Virus record (IMG/VR): IMGVR_UViG_2706794696_000014
Origin: a virus
Lineage: Duplodnaviria; Heunggongvirae; Uroviricota; Caudoviricetes
Direction: 5' to 3' (one strand)
Length of the DNA: 47,784 nucleotides
The notes below the pieces were generated by a model. That model worked only from the letters and a program-made list of their open reading frames with translations. It was not told the DNA's origin and ran no database searches. Positions 1 to 9,795 of the stretch are shown here, one piece after another (positions within the stretch are counted from its first letter, which is position 1; every line of letters begins with the position of its first letter). The position numbers were made by a program, and so were the translations under genes.

Positions 1-1236
1 CTACGATAACCGCGCATTCAACATGGCTACCTGTTCGTCGTTCATGTCATCAATCCACATACCGTAAATTTCATACACCATCTGCGCAGTTTCATGCCCC
101 ATCTGGCTGGCTATAAACGCCGGGTTCGCTCCTGCCGTCAACAGCCAGCAGGCAAAAGTATGCCGCGTATGGTACGGATTACGGCGGCGAATACCAGCAC
201 GTTTTACTGCTGCATTCCATCTCGCACCCAAACTGCTTACCGAGTAATAAGGTTTCTGTTTTCCGTTACACACTCTGGGCATGAAAACAAAATGCAGTTT
301 TTGCTTTTCGGTTCTGCCGTACTCCCGATGATAAAAAGTGATTTCGCTTTTGCGATGATGCCCGGTCAGTTTGTATTGCTCCTTCAGTGCTTCAAGAGCA
401 GGCTGCAGTAGTGTTACCGTCCGGATCCCCGCATTTGTTTTTGGGGGACCGAACATATCCAGTATCGTCAGGTTTCTTCTGACATTCACAACTCCCTTCT
501 CGAAATCCACATCCTCCCACGCCAGAGCAGCCAGTTCCCCGTGACGAAGCCCGGAGTATACGGCAAATTTCCACAAGTTCTGGCTCTGTCCTTTTTCACT
601 TTCCATTAATGCATTGAATTCTGTTTTAGATAACGGGTCAGGCTTTATTCTGTTTCTCTGTAATTTCTTTACTCCTTCAAATGGTTTGGTTGATATAAAT
701 CCCGACTGATACGCAAAACGTAACAACGAACAGAGCAGGGCGATATAGTTATCAACTGTGCGCACGGTTCTTCCTTTTTTGTTGGATCTTGGATTATCCA
801 GGTAAAGCGTTTCTCCATGCAGCAGTTCATTCCGGTAGTTTAAGATATCGCTATAACGAATATGCGATATCGGAGTACTCTCACAAATTATTATCCTGAG
901 TGTTTTTAATTGTGATTTCGTTTTCTTCATTGTGTTTGTTGTTAACTCTGTTTCTTTAATTTTTGTCCAGATATCACAAAGCTCCCCGAACGTTTTTATG
1001 ACCCTCGTTGTCACCATTTTTGCCCCAGTGCTGGACTGGGGAAAACGTCTTAAATACTCAAACTCACCGGAATTGATTTCATGAACTATCAACGCTCTTA
1101 AATTCCCGGCTTTTTTAATGTTACTGTTAGTAACCTCCCAGCCTTTCAATGTTTCCCGACATCGTTTTCCTCGAAACATGAACCAGATGCGAATGTATTT
1201 ACCTCGAATCTCGACACCTGTTGGTAATTTAGACAT
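1..1236 (-). CDS. intR: Tyrosine-type site-specific integrase (Rac prophage IntR-like), 411 aa
   Basis: Full-length minus-strand ORF; N-terminus MSKLPTGVEIRGKYIRIWFMFRGKRCRETLKGWE and C-terminal catalytic region (HTRHTFA...EIYGMWIDD) are typical of lambdoid integrases; first gene at the prophage edge. Confidence 0.9.
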   Translation of the reverse strand: MSKLPTGVEIRGKYIRIWFMFRGKRCRETLKGWEVTNSNIKKAGNLRALIVHEINSGEFEYLRRFPQSSTGAKMVTTRVIKTFGELCDIWTKIKETELTTNTMKKTKSQLKTLRIIICESTPISHIRYSDILNYRNELLHGETLYLDNPRSNKKGRTVRTVDNYIALLCSLLRFAYQSGFISTKPFEGVKKLQRNRIKPDPLSKTEFNALMESEKGQSQNLWKFAVYSGLRHGELAALAWEDVDFEKGVVNVRRNLTILDMFGPPKTNAGIRTVTLLQPALEALKEQYKLTGHHRKSEITFYHREYGRTEKQKLHFVFMPRVCNGKQKPYYSVSSLGARWNAAVKRAGIRRRNPYHTRHTFACWLLTAGANPAFIASQMGHETAQMVYEIYGMWIDDMNDEQVAMLNARLS

Positions 1237-1237
1237 A

Positions 1238-1453
1238 TCATGAGTCTTTGATAAACTGATTTATCTTTGGATAGTTATACCAGATAATCCCTCGCTTACT
1301 GTCTGGCTTCCCTAAAGGAGATACTCGTTTGAAGTGGAAGCCTTCCACCCAACAGTTCTGGCGGTATGCTTCAATTTGTCTGGCCCCCAGACCAGTGCGA
1401 AGCATCAGGCCGTATTCAACCATCCACTCTTCATTAAAGATTACTTGTGCCAT
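1238..1453 (-). CDS. ydaQ: Putative excisionase (YdaQ/XisR-like), 71 aa from the ATG; ORF could extend to a TTG at 1477
   Basis: Small ORF immediately upstream of int on the same strand; ATG at 1453 preceded by a GAGGTGA Shine-Dalgarno; position and size fit an excisionase. Confidence 0.7.
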   Translation of the reverse strand: MAQVIFNEEWMVEYGLMLRTGLGARQIEAYRQNCWVEGFHFKRVSPLGKPDSKRGIIWYNYPKINQFIKDS

Positions 1454-1552
1454 CGCATCACCTCTGGCAGGCGCCAATGTTAGACTTAAATTGACGCCCG
1501 ATGTTGATTATTAATAATCAGCTATGAAGTTTTAATTTGAATACAATGCAAT

Positions 1553-1813
1553 TCACGAGGACTGAAGTTTCTCGCAATTAAAATTTATCAGTTTTACTTT
1601 CTGCTCTCTGGAAACGCCTGCTTCTTTTTTACCTGAGAGCATTTTTTCGCATTCTGATTTCGTTAGTTTAGATTTTGAATATCTTGTCCAGTTAGTAGGA
1701 GTGCCACCTTCCTTTTCAATAGTGGCGGTAATTTTATACATGAACACCTCCATTATTATTTCCAGTGGTTCGTTTATTTCATCGTTCGAGTGCTTCTTTT
1801 TCACTTCCACCAT
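1553..1813 (-). CDS. ydaC: Small Rac prophage protein YdaC-like (function unknown)
   Basis: 86-aa ORF between xis and recT, overlapping the 3' end of the ralR-like ORF; position matches ydaC. Confidence 0.6.
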   Translation of the reverse strand: MVEVKKKHSNDEINEPLEIIMEVFMYKITATIEKEGGTPTNWTRYSKSKLTKSECEKMLSGKKEAGVSREQKVKLINFNCEKLQSS

Positions 1814-1940
1814 AACCGGTTCGGGATTCGCATCCGTTACACTTCGCTCGGTAATATCCTGAAATGGCTTTCACCGTTACTGATGGACAACCACAAAATG
1901 GACATGGTTTAACATTGTCATATCTCATAATTTTTCTCAT
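1779..1940 (-). CDS. ralR: RalR/Lar-like restriction-alleviation / DNase toxin ORF, apparently truncated by an in-frame TGA (53 aa from first Met, 49 aa from second)
   Basis: Translation MRKIMRYDNVKPCPFCGCPSVTVKAISGYYRAKCNGCESRTGYGGSEKEALER then TGA at 1779-1781; the same frame stays open for 14 more codons (NKRTTGNNNGGVHV) to a TAA at 1734-1736, i.e. a 64-aa form if TGA were TGG. Confidence 0.55.
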   Translation of the reverse strand: MRKIMRYDNVKPCPFCGCPSVTVKAISGYYRAKCNGCESRTGYGGSEKEALER

Positions 1941-1983
1941 AAAAATATTTCAAGTTGGCGGTGCATTACACCGCCAGGCTGAA

Positions 1984-2793
1984 TTATTCCTCTGAATTAT
2001 CGATTACACTGTATTCCCCGGTTAATACAGAGGAATCTGCAGGATCGATTGTCAGTGGTTCCTTTTCATCCATTGATACTGCACGCTGGATCTCAATTGA
2101 TACGGGCAGATATTTGAACAGGCGACGAATAGCCGTTTTCTTTGCCATTTCTTCCCAGTGAGTTACCCACGGCCCGTTATTACCAGCTTTACTCTGGCTG
2201 CGCACCAGCTCAATCTGTTTGCGCGTCATAACTTCAAACTGAGTACCTCCGTCTTTCAGTCTTGCGACAGCATAGACGTGGGTAACAGGGGCATCTTCGT
2301 TTTCTCCTGGGCGGTGTATTAACTTTTCATCAAGGCCAAATTCGAAATTAAACTCGTCACCTTCACGGACAACACGGGCTGACAGGCTGGCGATTTGACC
2401 TGAACGGCGAGCCAGATCAATCATGCCGCGATAGCCAATGATTAGCTGAACGTTTTTTTTACCGCTCTTTTCGTTTTTATTACCAAAAGGCAGTAAATAT
2501 GCATGACCGAGGGCGCTACCGGGCTCAAGTCCGAGCTGTGAACACTGTACGATTGCACTGACAAAACTCATAGTGTCACAGTTTCCTAACGCCGGAACTT
2601 TACGAATTTCTGTGGTGGCGATACGGATCATACGTTCAGCCGTCATATGGCGTGGAAGAGCTGCTGCCAGTTGCTCTTTCATTGATGGCTGGTTAATAAA
2701 ACTAATCACGTCGTTATTTTTAATTGCTGCTGGTGCACGGTTTCCCTGAGTTTTTTGCAGATCGGCTTTTGCGATTGGTGGTTGCTTAGTCAT
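1984..2793 (-). CDS. recT: RecT single-strand annealing protein, 269 aa
   Basis: ORF starting [16 protein letters not shown] with an AAGGA Shine-Dalgarno; RecT/Redbeta-family signature; start overlaps the recE stop by 8 nt. Confidence 0.9.
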   Translation of the reverse strand: MTKQPPIAKADLQKTQGNRAPAAIKNNDVISFINQPSMKEQLAAALPRHMTAERMIRIATTEIRKVPALGNCDTMSFVSAIVQCSQLGLEPGSALGHAYLLPFGNKNEKSGKKNVQLIIGYRGMIDLARRSGQIASLSARVVREGDEFNFEFGLDEKLIHRPGENEDAPVTHVYAVARLKDGGTQFEVMTRKQIELVRSQSKAGNNGPWVTHWEEMAKKTAIRRLFKYLPVSIEIQRAVSMDEKEPLTIDPADSSVLTGEYSVIDNSEE

Positions 2794-5386
2794 TTGCATA
2801 TTCCTTAGCCCAGCGGGGCAGTGATAACGTCTTAATAGCTGGCCATTCATCGGTATTGAGGCAGTCAGCCAGGGTTCGCAGATTGCGGTGATATTCCAGC
2901 TGACCTGCCAGTTTTGCTTCTTCGCCCATCATGAAAATTTCAACCGGATAACGTCCGCATTCAATAGTTGTGCTGGCAACCAGAAAAACGAAAGTTGGCT
3001 GCACTCCAAACTGTGCTTCATAACCGTCACTGTAGAATGCATCCTGAACGTGATAGCGGTAGTCGTAATAAGCGGTTTTGAATCGTTGAATATCCGCCGT
3101 AGTTTTCACGTCCATGATCCAGTGAAATTCAGGGATAATTTTGTCCGGACGGCACCGACACAAAATTGCTGTTTCAGGATCTTCCCAGTAAATTGATGAT
3201 TCAGCGTGTCCGGCGCTTTCAACAAGCCATTGCCCCAGCGGCAAAGCCATAACGCTCTGATACATGAGTTCAATTTTCCGGCCTTCTTCGGCAGTGATAA
3301 CCGTTTTTCCTGTGCTTGCGCATTCCCTCAGAAACGCTTTCTCTTCTTCTTTTCCGGAGTTTGTCCGGCGGTTAAATTCAGGTGCTACGATAAAGCGGTT
3401 ACTGAATTCTTCCGGCTCAAGTACCCGGCAGTGGAAAGCGGTTCCTAAATCGAGCGTTTTTGTCTTTGTGGTGTCCACGGGGGCATTTTTACGCCACAAA
3501 TACAGTGCCGGAGTATCAGCAATGTCATCGAGCTGAGACTTACTGACACCGGGACCCGCGTGGTAATTCTCATTCGAAATTCCGTAATAAATACCTGGCT
3601 CTATGTCTTCTACGATTACGGGATCTGCGACTTCGCCAGTTTCATCACTGCAATCGCGATGCGGATCGCTGCCAGCATTCTCATTGTGCGGATGTTCAGC
3701 GCCTTCCATTTCCTCCGGATCATTTTCCTTAGCTTCAACCTGACTCTCTTCATCGAATGTTTCCTGGTATGTTGCGTCGCCCATCACCGCACCACAGTCA
3801 GGGCAGTTATCCCCGCCAGTCTGGCCGCAGGCATTGCAGGCTATTTCCGGTTCCTGTTGCACTACTGGCTCAGGTTGATTCATATCCGGGCTGGTTTTTT
3901 CCGTTTCTGGCTGGTTCTGGTACACACAATCGCGAGTCTGGATCCCCTTTACCCATTTCGGATCGTTCGGGTCGCTAATTCCGTCAACAAATTCACCACG
4001 TGATGCAGCAAGCAATTTATCGGCATCGACAGGATTTTTTGATGGAATGTTTTTCCGGGCTTCATGGAGTTCTGCCCGCAGTTCCTGATATTTCGCATCA
4101 ACAGAATTTACCTGTGACTGAGCATCCAGCGGCTGCGTGTCCTGATGATGTTCAGTTGCGTCCGGTTCCATTGTTTCAGCCTCTCCCTGTTCAACTGCCG
4201 TTGTTCCAGATGGTTGCGGTTTTTCTTCATCATCCTGTTTTCCTTCTTCTGTTACTCGCTGCGGCATCGGGGCAGAGGAGCGACCGCAGGCAATATCCAC
4301 GATTTCCGGATCAGGGTTGGCATGATCGGTTTCAGTCAGTACTTTGTTCAGATATTCAGTGACGTGCGCGGGGATGACCTCGATCCCAATTGGTGCTTCT
4401 TTTACGGACGCAACCACGATGGCGCGGGAATAATCCAGCCCGCCAGGCATGGTGATGAATTTGTCGCGGAAAACAGAAAAGGGCGGTTTATTTTCAGCGA
4501 TAATTTCCTCAATGCGTTTAGCGTGTGCCGGATGAAGGTTATAGATGTCCAGATCCATTGAACGGGCCAGTACGCCAGTGGCTACGTCCCGCGCCAGTGA
4601 CGTCAGATCGTGTACGAAACCTTCGCCGCGATCGGTGAGGTTTCCGCCGCCAGCATTAGCACCGGAAGCCGTGCGAGTGATGTGTGAAACACGATTACCC
4701 TTCATCCACTCTTTTGTCAGCAGTCCTCGATCGGTGTAGTCAGCGTTCAGGTATGCTTCGAAAAAAGCAGTTATCAGTCCCAGGTTTGAATTACCAGGAT
4801 TAGGGAAAACTTTGTCAGTGTCACGAACCAGTTTGTGGAGTTCGCGAATTTCCAGCGGGTCGAGCAGGCTGGTTTTGTGGGAAACAGCCAGGGCAGTAAC
4901 AGCCGGTAGTTCTTCAGCCCGAGCAATGTGTAATGCCTGGAGTCCGTCGCGTGAAACGTGCGTTACCGGTTTTTCGCTGCCGTGTTGAGCAAGCCAACGA
5001 ATGGGCAGTTCCTGGCCAGAAATTGGGAGTAGCATATTCTCCTCAATCTCAGGCATGTCTTCGCCGTTGACGTTGGTATTGCCTTGATAGTGAGCGTTGT
5101 CTGGTGCTGCTCCCGGTTTTAGTTCCCATGTCATGGAGTCTTTGCTGAGTTGATAGCGTTCACTCCAGGTAAAATCGATCTCACCTTCAGCGGGCAGGTC
5201 ATTAACGACAGGAAAATTCGTGGCAACAGCTTTAAAATAGCTGCTCAGTTTTTTACCTGACTTAACGATCAGGTAGTCCAGAGTGGCACAGGTCGATTCA
5301 AAATCGTTGCTTGCCCACAGGACGACGTCAGGTTCACCGGATGATTTTTTCGCTTTCCGTAACAGGAAGAGTGGTTTTGTGCTCAT
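2786..5386 (-). CDS. recE: Exodeoxyribonuclease VIII (RecE), 866 aa
   Basis: 866-aa ORF directly upstream of recT on the same strand; acidic low-complexity middle and C-terminal nuclease region as in RecE. Confidence 0.9.
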   Translation of the reverse strand: MSTKPLFLLRKAKKSSGEPDVVLWASNDFESTCATLDYLIVKSGKKLSSYFKAVATNFPVVNDLPAEGEIDFTWSERYQLSKDSMTWELKPGAAPDNAHYQGNTNVNGEDMPEIEENMLLPISGQELPIRWLAQHGSEKPVTHVSRDGLQALHIARAEELPAVTALAVSHKTSLLDPLEIRELHKLVRDTDKVFPNPGNSNLGLITAFFEAYLNADYTDRGLLTKEWMKGNRVSHITRTASGANAGGGNLTDRGEGFVHDLTSLARDVATGVLARSMDLDIYNLHPAHAKRIEEIIAENKPPFSVFRDKFITMPGGLDYSRAIVVASVKEAPIGIEVIPAHVTEYLNKVLTETDHANPDPEIVDIACGRSSAPMPQRVTEEGKQDDEEKPQPSGTTAVEQGEAETMEPDATEHHQDTQPLDAQSQVNSVDAKYQELRAELHEARKNIPSKNPVDADKLLAASRGEFVDGISDPNDPKWVKGIQTRDCVYQNQPETEKTSPDMNQPEPVVQQEPEIACNACGQTGGDNCPDCGAVMGDATYQETFDEESQVEAKENDPEEMEGAEHPHNENAGSDPHRDCSDETGEVADPVIVEDIEPGIYYGISNENYHAGPGVSKSQLDDIADTPALYLWRKNAPVDTTKTKTLDLGTAFHCRVLEPEEFSNRFIVAPEFNRRTNSGKEEEKAFLRECASTGKTVITAEEGRKIELMYQSVMALPLGQWLVESAGHAESSIYWEDPETAILCRCRPDKIIPEFHWIMDVKTTADIQRFKTAYYDYRYHVQDAFYSDGYEAQFGVQPTFVFLVASTTIECGRYPVEIFMMGEEAKLAGQLEYHRNLRTLADCLNTDEWPAIKTLSLPRWAKEYAND

Positions 5387-5487
5387 TGTTTTTTAACCTC
5401 AACTCAGATTAAAATTCGTTTTGTTCAGTGAATGATCTTGCCGGATACACACTGTTCATAGCCTGCGCCATACGCAGGCTATTTCTT

Positions 5488-5763
5488 TCAGATTTCACCT
5501 TTTAATTTCATTGCAATTAGAGTTGCCAGAAATTCGGCTTTTTTTTCTGCGGGCAGATTCTTTCCGATATGCACCAGGCACATTTTTTTGACACCTTCAT
5601 CAAGTGTTTTTACGTTGCCTGATGGACCATCGATATCAACCACAGTGAATGGGGTTTCTTTATTTTCTGTTTTAATTACGTAGCCAATGCGCTTTCCTTC
5701 CAGATTCACCTCGTGAACAATGTCATCGGTAGTTACAACAGTGGCTTCATAATTGGTAATCAT
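5488..5763 (-). CDS. racC: RacC-like protein, 91 aa
   Basis: ORF starting MITNYEATVVTTDDIVHEV directly upstream of recE; size and position match racC. Confidence 0.75.
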   Translation of the reverse strand: MITNYEATVVTTDDIVHEVNLEGKRIGYVIKTENKETPFTVVDIDGPSGNVKTLDEGVKKMCLVHIGKNLPAEKKAEFLATLIAMKLKGEI

Positions 5764-5837
5764 GTTTTTCTCCTTAATTAAGGTTGAGCGAATACCTGCC
5801 ATTTCTGGCATAAATTCAGTTTCGAATAGTCAATTAA

Positions 5838-6014
5838 TTAAAGTTCATGTGCCATCTGGTCTTTTTCGGCACAAGCTTCACTGCAATATTTTCTCGGTTC
5901 GTCTTTTGATAAAATCCCGTGCATGAAGTGAAGCATTCTTTCAATAGCTTTGCTTTCTTCAACGTCTTTTTTGCAAAGGTGGTAAGCACATTTTATTTTC
6001 TTAGTCATCACCAT
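5838..6014 (-). CDS. ydaE: Small Cys-rich (zinc-ribbon-like) protein YdaE-like, 58 aa
   Basis: Manually translated: [58 protein letters not shown]; two CxxC-type pairs; overlaps the 3' end of kilR; below the ORF-track length cut-off. Confidence 0.65.
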   Translation of the reverse strand: MVMTKKIKCAYHLCKKDVEESKAIERMLHFMHGILSKDEPRKYCSEACAEKDQMAHEL

Positions 6015-6229
6015 GACTCCGCCTTTACAGGTAAACCATCACGACCGAGGAAGACTTTAATCATGCGGTCAGTAATGCATGTTTTTGTGGTCAGGTTACG
6101 AATATATAGTTTTCGCTTTTTAATATTGTTTGCCGAGGCAATATATGTCCGGCCTTCATGAAGAACATAATCGCCAGGAGTCACACACTGACGTGGTATT
6201 TCATCAGTTCCGAAGTGATGTGCAATCAT
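6008..6229 (-). CDS. kilR: KilR-like cell-division (FtsZ) inhibitor, 73 aa
   Basis: [35 protein letters not shown] with a GGAGA Shine-Dalgarno; position between racC/ydaE and sieB as in Rac. Confidence 0.8.
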   Translation of the reverse strand: MIAHHFGTDEIPRQCVTPGDYVLHEGRTYIASANNIKKRKLYIRNLTTKTCITDRMIKVFLGRDGLPVKAESW

Positions 6230-6670
6230 AATTATCTCCATTTTTACAAATGAACTTTGTTGATGCGGTGCCTGGTGCCTCCAGGTGACTGCAACCAGTT
6301 AACAATTACAGTCGGCTTTCCCACCCAAACCAATAAGGACTAACATGACTTTTAACTGTGCCACGTGCGCTTAGCCGCATTCACCGCATCACAAAATTCA
6401 CTTTAAAAAGGGCGGACATCAGCCGAACTTCAAGAAAAAAACTGATGCCGCCAGGACTACACACAGCAATGTCGTTATTTACAACCGGAGGCGCACTCCC
6501 ACCATTTAAATTTAACAGACAAGACCGACTCTTTATGGATATCGGAAATGCGCCTTCGTGTTGTGCCCGGTTTTATTTCACCACCTCCGGGCTTCGGTGG
6601 TCTCGGCTATACCCCTACAGCGAGAGCTTGTGTTAACATTTCAATACCCTTACAGTTGAGAGTTATTGAT

Positions 6671-7159
6671 ATGTTGGATGTATTTACTCCATTGTTGAAA
6701 CTTTTTGCTAACGAGCCACTCGAAATACTTATGTATACGATTATCATTTTTGGTCTCACTCTCTGGCTGATACCGAAAGAGTTTACTGTCGCATTCAATG
6801 CTTATACTGAAATACCTTGGCTCTTTCAGATTATCGTTTTTGCCTTTTCTTTCGTGGTCGCCATTTCCTTCTCAAGATTGCGAGCACATATTCAAAAGCA
6901 TTATTCATTACTACCAGAGCAACGAGTATTGCTTCGTTTATCTGAGAAAGAAATCGCTGTATTTAAAGATTTCCTTAAAACAGGAAATCTTATTATCACT
7001 TCTCCTTGCCGTAACCCGGTTATGAAAAAATTAGAACGGAAGGGCATCATTCAACATCAGAGTGATAGCGCAAACTGTTCTTATTATCTCGTCACCGAAA
7101 AATACTCCCATTTTATGAAGTTATTCTGGAACAGCAGGAGTAGACGTTTTAATCGTTAG
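6671..7159 (+). CDS. sieB: Superinfection exclusion protein B (SieB), 162 aa membrane protein
   Basis: ORF from MLDVFTPLLKLFANEPLEILMYTIIIFGLTLWLIP with hydrophobic helices; 162 aa from this ATG. Confidence 0.8.
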   Translation: MLDVFTPLLKLFANEPLEILMYTIIIFGLTLWLIPKEFTVAFNAYTEIPWLFQIIVFAFSFVVAISFSRLRAHIQKHYSLLPEQRVLLRLSEKEIAVFKDFLKTGNLIITSPCRNPVMKKLERKGIIQHQSDSANCSYYLVTEKYSHFMKLFWNSRSRRFNR

Positions 7160-7311
7160 CTTACTGTGTGCTTCTCCAACCATCGGCGCGCACCAGTTTC
7201 GGTTTTAAATGTTTTGCTTTTGGTATACGTCATGGCAGTGAACGTTCCATCCTGGTTGGGGAACACGCCGCACACCAGGGATTCGTTGTTGCCGAGGTCG
7301 ATTTTTTGCAT
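7156..7311 (-). CDS. ydaF: Small Rac early protein YdaF-like, 51 aa
   Basis: Manually translated minus-strand ORF MQKIDLGNNESLVCGVFPNQDGTFTAMTYTKSKTFKTETGARRWLEKHTVS; sits between sieB and ydaG. Confidence 0.6.
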   Translation of the reverse strand: MQKIDLGNNESLVCGVFPNQDGTFTAMTYTKSKTFKTETGARRWLEKHTVS

Positions 7312-7321
7312 TTTGCGAATC

Positions 7322-7456
7322 TCACATCTTGTTGCTGTGTATAGCGACTTCTGCCTGCCAGAGATCCCAGTCGTTGCTGCGTAAAGCCTGCACAGCCTGG
7401 TTGTAAGTGATACCGCAACAATCCATCAAATACTGAACTACTTCGTAATGCACCAT
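7322..7456 (-). CDS. ydaG: Small Rac early protein YdaG-like, 44 aa
   Basis: ORF MVHYEVVQYLMDCCGITYNQAVQALRSNDWDLWQAEVAIHSNKM with an AAGGGGA Shine-Dalgarno; the ORF track shows a longer 60-aa version. Confidence 0.6.
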   Translation of the reverse strand: MVHYEVVQYLMDCCGITYNQAVQALRSNDWDLWQAEVAIHSNKM

Positions 7457-7619
7457 CTTATCTCTCCCCTTAACGCCGGGTGGCGGAACTGAAACCTGCT
7501 GCACTGCAAAATCTGAACCCTGCCGTCATGTTCATACGCCTCGGGCTGGCTACTTAACCCCTGACCACTGCCTGGTAACTCGAAGTATTGCCCTGCGTTC
7601 TGTGGGGCGGGGTGGGTTG

Positions 7620-7700
7620 GTAGGTATATAATGTACTTTGTGTTCATTGATGTAAAGTACTATAAGTACATTTTGTGTGTAAAAAAATGAGATGGGATAA
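7620..7700 (-). promoter_or_regulatory. Putative early-left (pL-like) promoter/operator region downstream of the repressor gene
   Basis: AT-rich segment with repeated GTACT/AGTACA half-sites (aatgtactttgtg, aaagtactataagtacattttgtgtg) similar to those in the repressor-cro intergenic region; lies upstream of the minus-strand ydaG-ydaF block. Confidence 0.3.
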
Positions 7701-7746
7701 AGTGAAGCACAAACCCGGAGGGGGACGCTACCGGATTTATGCTGGT

Positions 7747-8166
7747 TTAAGAGGCTTTTTGTTTTTTCTTTCGTGCTAGCTCTTCGTAAATTGCATTGTA
7801 CTTCTGTTTTTTCTCCTCAAGAGTTTTTAAAAGTTCATCTGTCTCACTGTCAGGGAGCTCGTCCAGAAGGTCAATGATGATTTTTTGTCTTGGATTTAAC
7901 TCCTGATAGAAACGTACCTGTCCACTTTCTTCTGTATCCTCTCCCAAAAGATAGGTTGGTGTTGTTCCAATGAGTGTTGCTAATTCCCTTAATTTCTCTC
8001 GGCGAGGAATTGTTTCGCCATTAAACCATTTGCTAACCGCTTTTGGTGTTAATTTCATTCGACGGGCAATTTCTGCCTGCCTTCCATGTTGTTCATAACC
8101 AGCGTTTTCACAGGCTAGCGCAAGCCTACTGGCGAACTCTTTACGCGCTTTATCTTCATGAACCAT
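7747..8166 (-). CDS. racR: Prophage repressor, XRE-family HTH (RacR/CI-like), 139 aa from ATG (GTG alternative at 8184 gives 145 aa)
   Basis: HTH segment QAEIARRMKLTPKAVSKWFNGETIPRREKLRELATLIG; divergent from a Cro-like gene; no Shine-Dalgarno before the ATG, consistent with a leaderless CI-like message. Confidence 0.7.
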   Translation of the reverse strand: MVHEDKARKEFASRLALACENAGYEQHGRQAEIARRMKLTPKAVSKWFNGETIPRREKLRELATLIGTTPTYLLGEDTEESGQVRFYQELNPRQKIIIDLLDELPDSETDELLKTLEEKKQKYNAIYEELARKKKQKAS

Positions 8167-8245
8167 AAGTTCAATGATATTCACTCTTGAATGTACTGTC
8201 AGTTCTGTTATAGCATGTACTCAAAGTTCACATTGTGAGGGTGAT
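8167..8245. promoter_or_regulatory. Divergent immunity-region promoter/operator segment between repressor and cro-like gene
   Basis: About 80 bp between divergent starts; contains GTACT half-site repeats and the perfect palindrome TCACA-T-TGTGA at 8228-8238 just upstream of the ydaS Shine-Dalgarno. Confidence 0.35.
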
Positions 8246-8500
8246 ATGAACCAGAAAACACTTGAAGATGTAATCAAAACTGTTCGCGTTTCTGTTGTGG
8301 CCGACGTTTGTGGTGTCAGCCAAAGAGCAATCTACAAATGGATGGATAACGGAAAATTGCCTCGCACAGAATATACCGGCGAAACAAATTACGCTGAAAA
8401 AATCGCTCATGCATCAAACGGATTATTTTCTGCTGATGTAATTTTAACTATTGGCAGAAATAAAACTACTACGAAAAAGCTGATGGGAGTTGATTCATGA
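8246..8500 (+). CDS. ydaS: Cro-like HTH DNA-binding protein (YdaS-like), 84 aa
   Basis: ORF MNQKTLEDVIKTVRVSVVADVCGVSQRAIYKWMDNGKLPR with a GAGGG Shine-Dalgarno; divergent from the repressor; the ORF track's upstream start would overlap the repressor. Confidence 0.65.
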   Translation: MNQKTLEDVIKTVRVSVVADVCGVSQRAIYKWMDNGKLPRTEYTGETNYAEKIAHASNGLFSADVILTIGRNKTTTKKLMGVDS

Positions 8501-8919
8501 AAATCAAGCATGAGCACATCGAGTCAGTGTTGTTAGCCCTGGCAGCCGAAAAAGGGCAGGCATGGGTAGCCAATGCCATTACTGAAGAATATCTGCGCCA
8601 GGGGGGCGGCGAATTGCCCCTGGTACCAGGCAAGGACTGGAATAATCAGCAGAATATCTATCACCGTTGGTTGAAAGGTGAAACGAAAACGCAAAGAGAA
8701 AAAATTCAGAAGCTGATCCCAGCAATTCTGGCAATCCTTCCGCGCGAGCTGCGTCACCGACTCTGCATCTTCGATACCCTGGAACGCCGTGCATTACTGG
8801 CGGCGCAGGAAGCGTTAAGTACGGCAATTGATGCGCATGATGATGCAGTCCAAGCCGTTTACCGGAAAGCGCATTTCAGCGGCGGCGGGTCTTCCGACGA
8901 TTCTGTCATTGTTCATTAA
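8497..8919 (+). CDS. ydaT: YdaT-like protein (CII-position regulator, toxic when overexpressed), 140 aa
   Basis: 140-aa ORF MKIKHEHIESVLLALAAEKGQAWVANAITEEYLRQGGG, start overlapping the ydaS stop. Confidence 0.75.
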   Translation: MKIKHEHIESVLLALAAEKGQAWVANAITEEYLRQGGGELPLVPGKDWNNQQNIYHRWLKGETKTQREKIQKLIPAILAILPRELRHRLCIFDTLERRALLAAQEALSTAIDAHDDAVQAVYRKAHFSGGGSSDDSVIVH

Positions 8920-8931
8920 GCAAAAGTTTCC

Positions 8932-9789
8932 ATGCTGTTTGTGCTTATTCTAAGCCACCGGGCAGCATCATACGGGGCAATTATGGCCGCATTACCATAC
9001 ATGCAACTGTACATAGCTGATTACCTGGCTGACACCATGCATTTGTCAGCAGAGGAGCATGGTGCGTATTTGTTGCTGATGTTCAATTACTGGCAAACAG
9101 GAAAGCCAATACCTAAAAACAGGCTGGCAAAAATTGCCCGTCTGACTAACGAGCGATGGGCTGATGTTGAACCATCCTTGCAGGAGTTTTTTTGCGATAA
9201 CGGCGAGGAATGGGTGCATCTTCGGATTGAGGAAGATCTGGCATCAGTCAGGGAAAAATTAACCAAAAAATCAGCCGCAGGAAAAGCATCTGTTCAGGCC
9301 AGAAGAAGCAGAAAGGAAGCAGATGTTCAAACAAAACAAGAGAGAAATTTAACAGGTGTTCAAACAGATGTTGAAGTGGTGTTTGAACATGATGTCAACA
9401 CAAAGGCAACTAATAAAGATACAGATAAAGATCTAAAAACAGATCCCCCCCTAAATCCCCCCCGGGGGAATCGAGGTGTCAAAAAGTTTGACCCTCTGGA
9501 TATTGCTTTGCCGAACTGGATTTCTGTCTCGCTTTGGCGTGAGTGGGTTGAATTTCGCCAGGCATTGCGAAAACCGATTCGAACGGAGCAGGGCGCTAAC
9601 GGGGCGATACGGGAGCTGGAAAAATTCCGCCAGCAGGGTTTTTCACCTGAGCAGGTGATTCGACACAGCATCGCCAATGAATACCAGGGCTTGTTCGCGC
9701 CGAAAGGTGTTCGACCTGAGACGTTACTCCGACAGGTTAACACCGTCTCGTTACCGGATAGTGCGATCCCGCCAGGCTTCAGGGGGTAA
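8932..9789 (+). CDS. ydaU: Replication initiation protein (YdaU-like, phage O-like N-terminal DUF1376), 285 aa
   Basis: 285-aa ORF directly upstream of a DnaC-like gene; conserved N-terminal LYIADYLADTMHLSAEEHGAYLLLMFNYW motif and a charged linker. Confidence 0.75.
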   Translation: MLFVLILSHRAASYGAIMAALPYMQLYIADYLADTMHLSAEEHGAYLLLMFNYWQTGKPIPKNRLAKIARLTNERWADVEPSLQEFFCDNGEEWVHLRIEEDLASVREKLTKKSAAGKASVQARRSRKEADVQTKQERNLTGVQTDVEVVFEHDVNTKATNKDTDKDLKTDPPLNPPRGNRGVKKFDPLDIALPNWISVSLWREWVEFRQALRKPIRTEQGANGAIRELEKFRQQGFSPEQVIRHSIANEYQGLFAPKGVRPETLLRQVNTVSLPDSAIPPGFRG

Positions 9790-9795
9790 CTGACC

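Noticed and set aside
3206-4739. Several 60-150-aa plus-strand ORFs
   Set aside because: All lie antisense within recE; hydrophobic or low-complexity translations with no ribosome-binding sites.
6576-6601. Hairpin ACCACC-tccgggcttc-GGTGGT upstream of sieB
   Set aside because: Not followed by a T-tract on either strand, so not called as a terminator; it could still be a regulatory stem-loop.
6358-6636. 92-aa plus-strand ORF between kilR and sieB
   Set aside because: No ribosome-binding site; the region more plausibly holds the sieB promoter or leader.
8174-8245. Upstream ATG giving a 108-aa version of the Cro-like gene
   Set aside because: It would overlap the divergent repressor start and the operator region; the ATG at 8246 has a proper Shine-Dalgarno.
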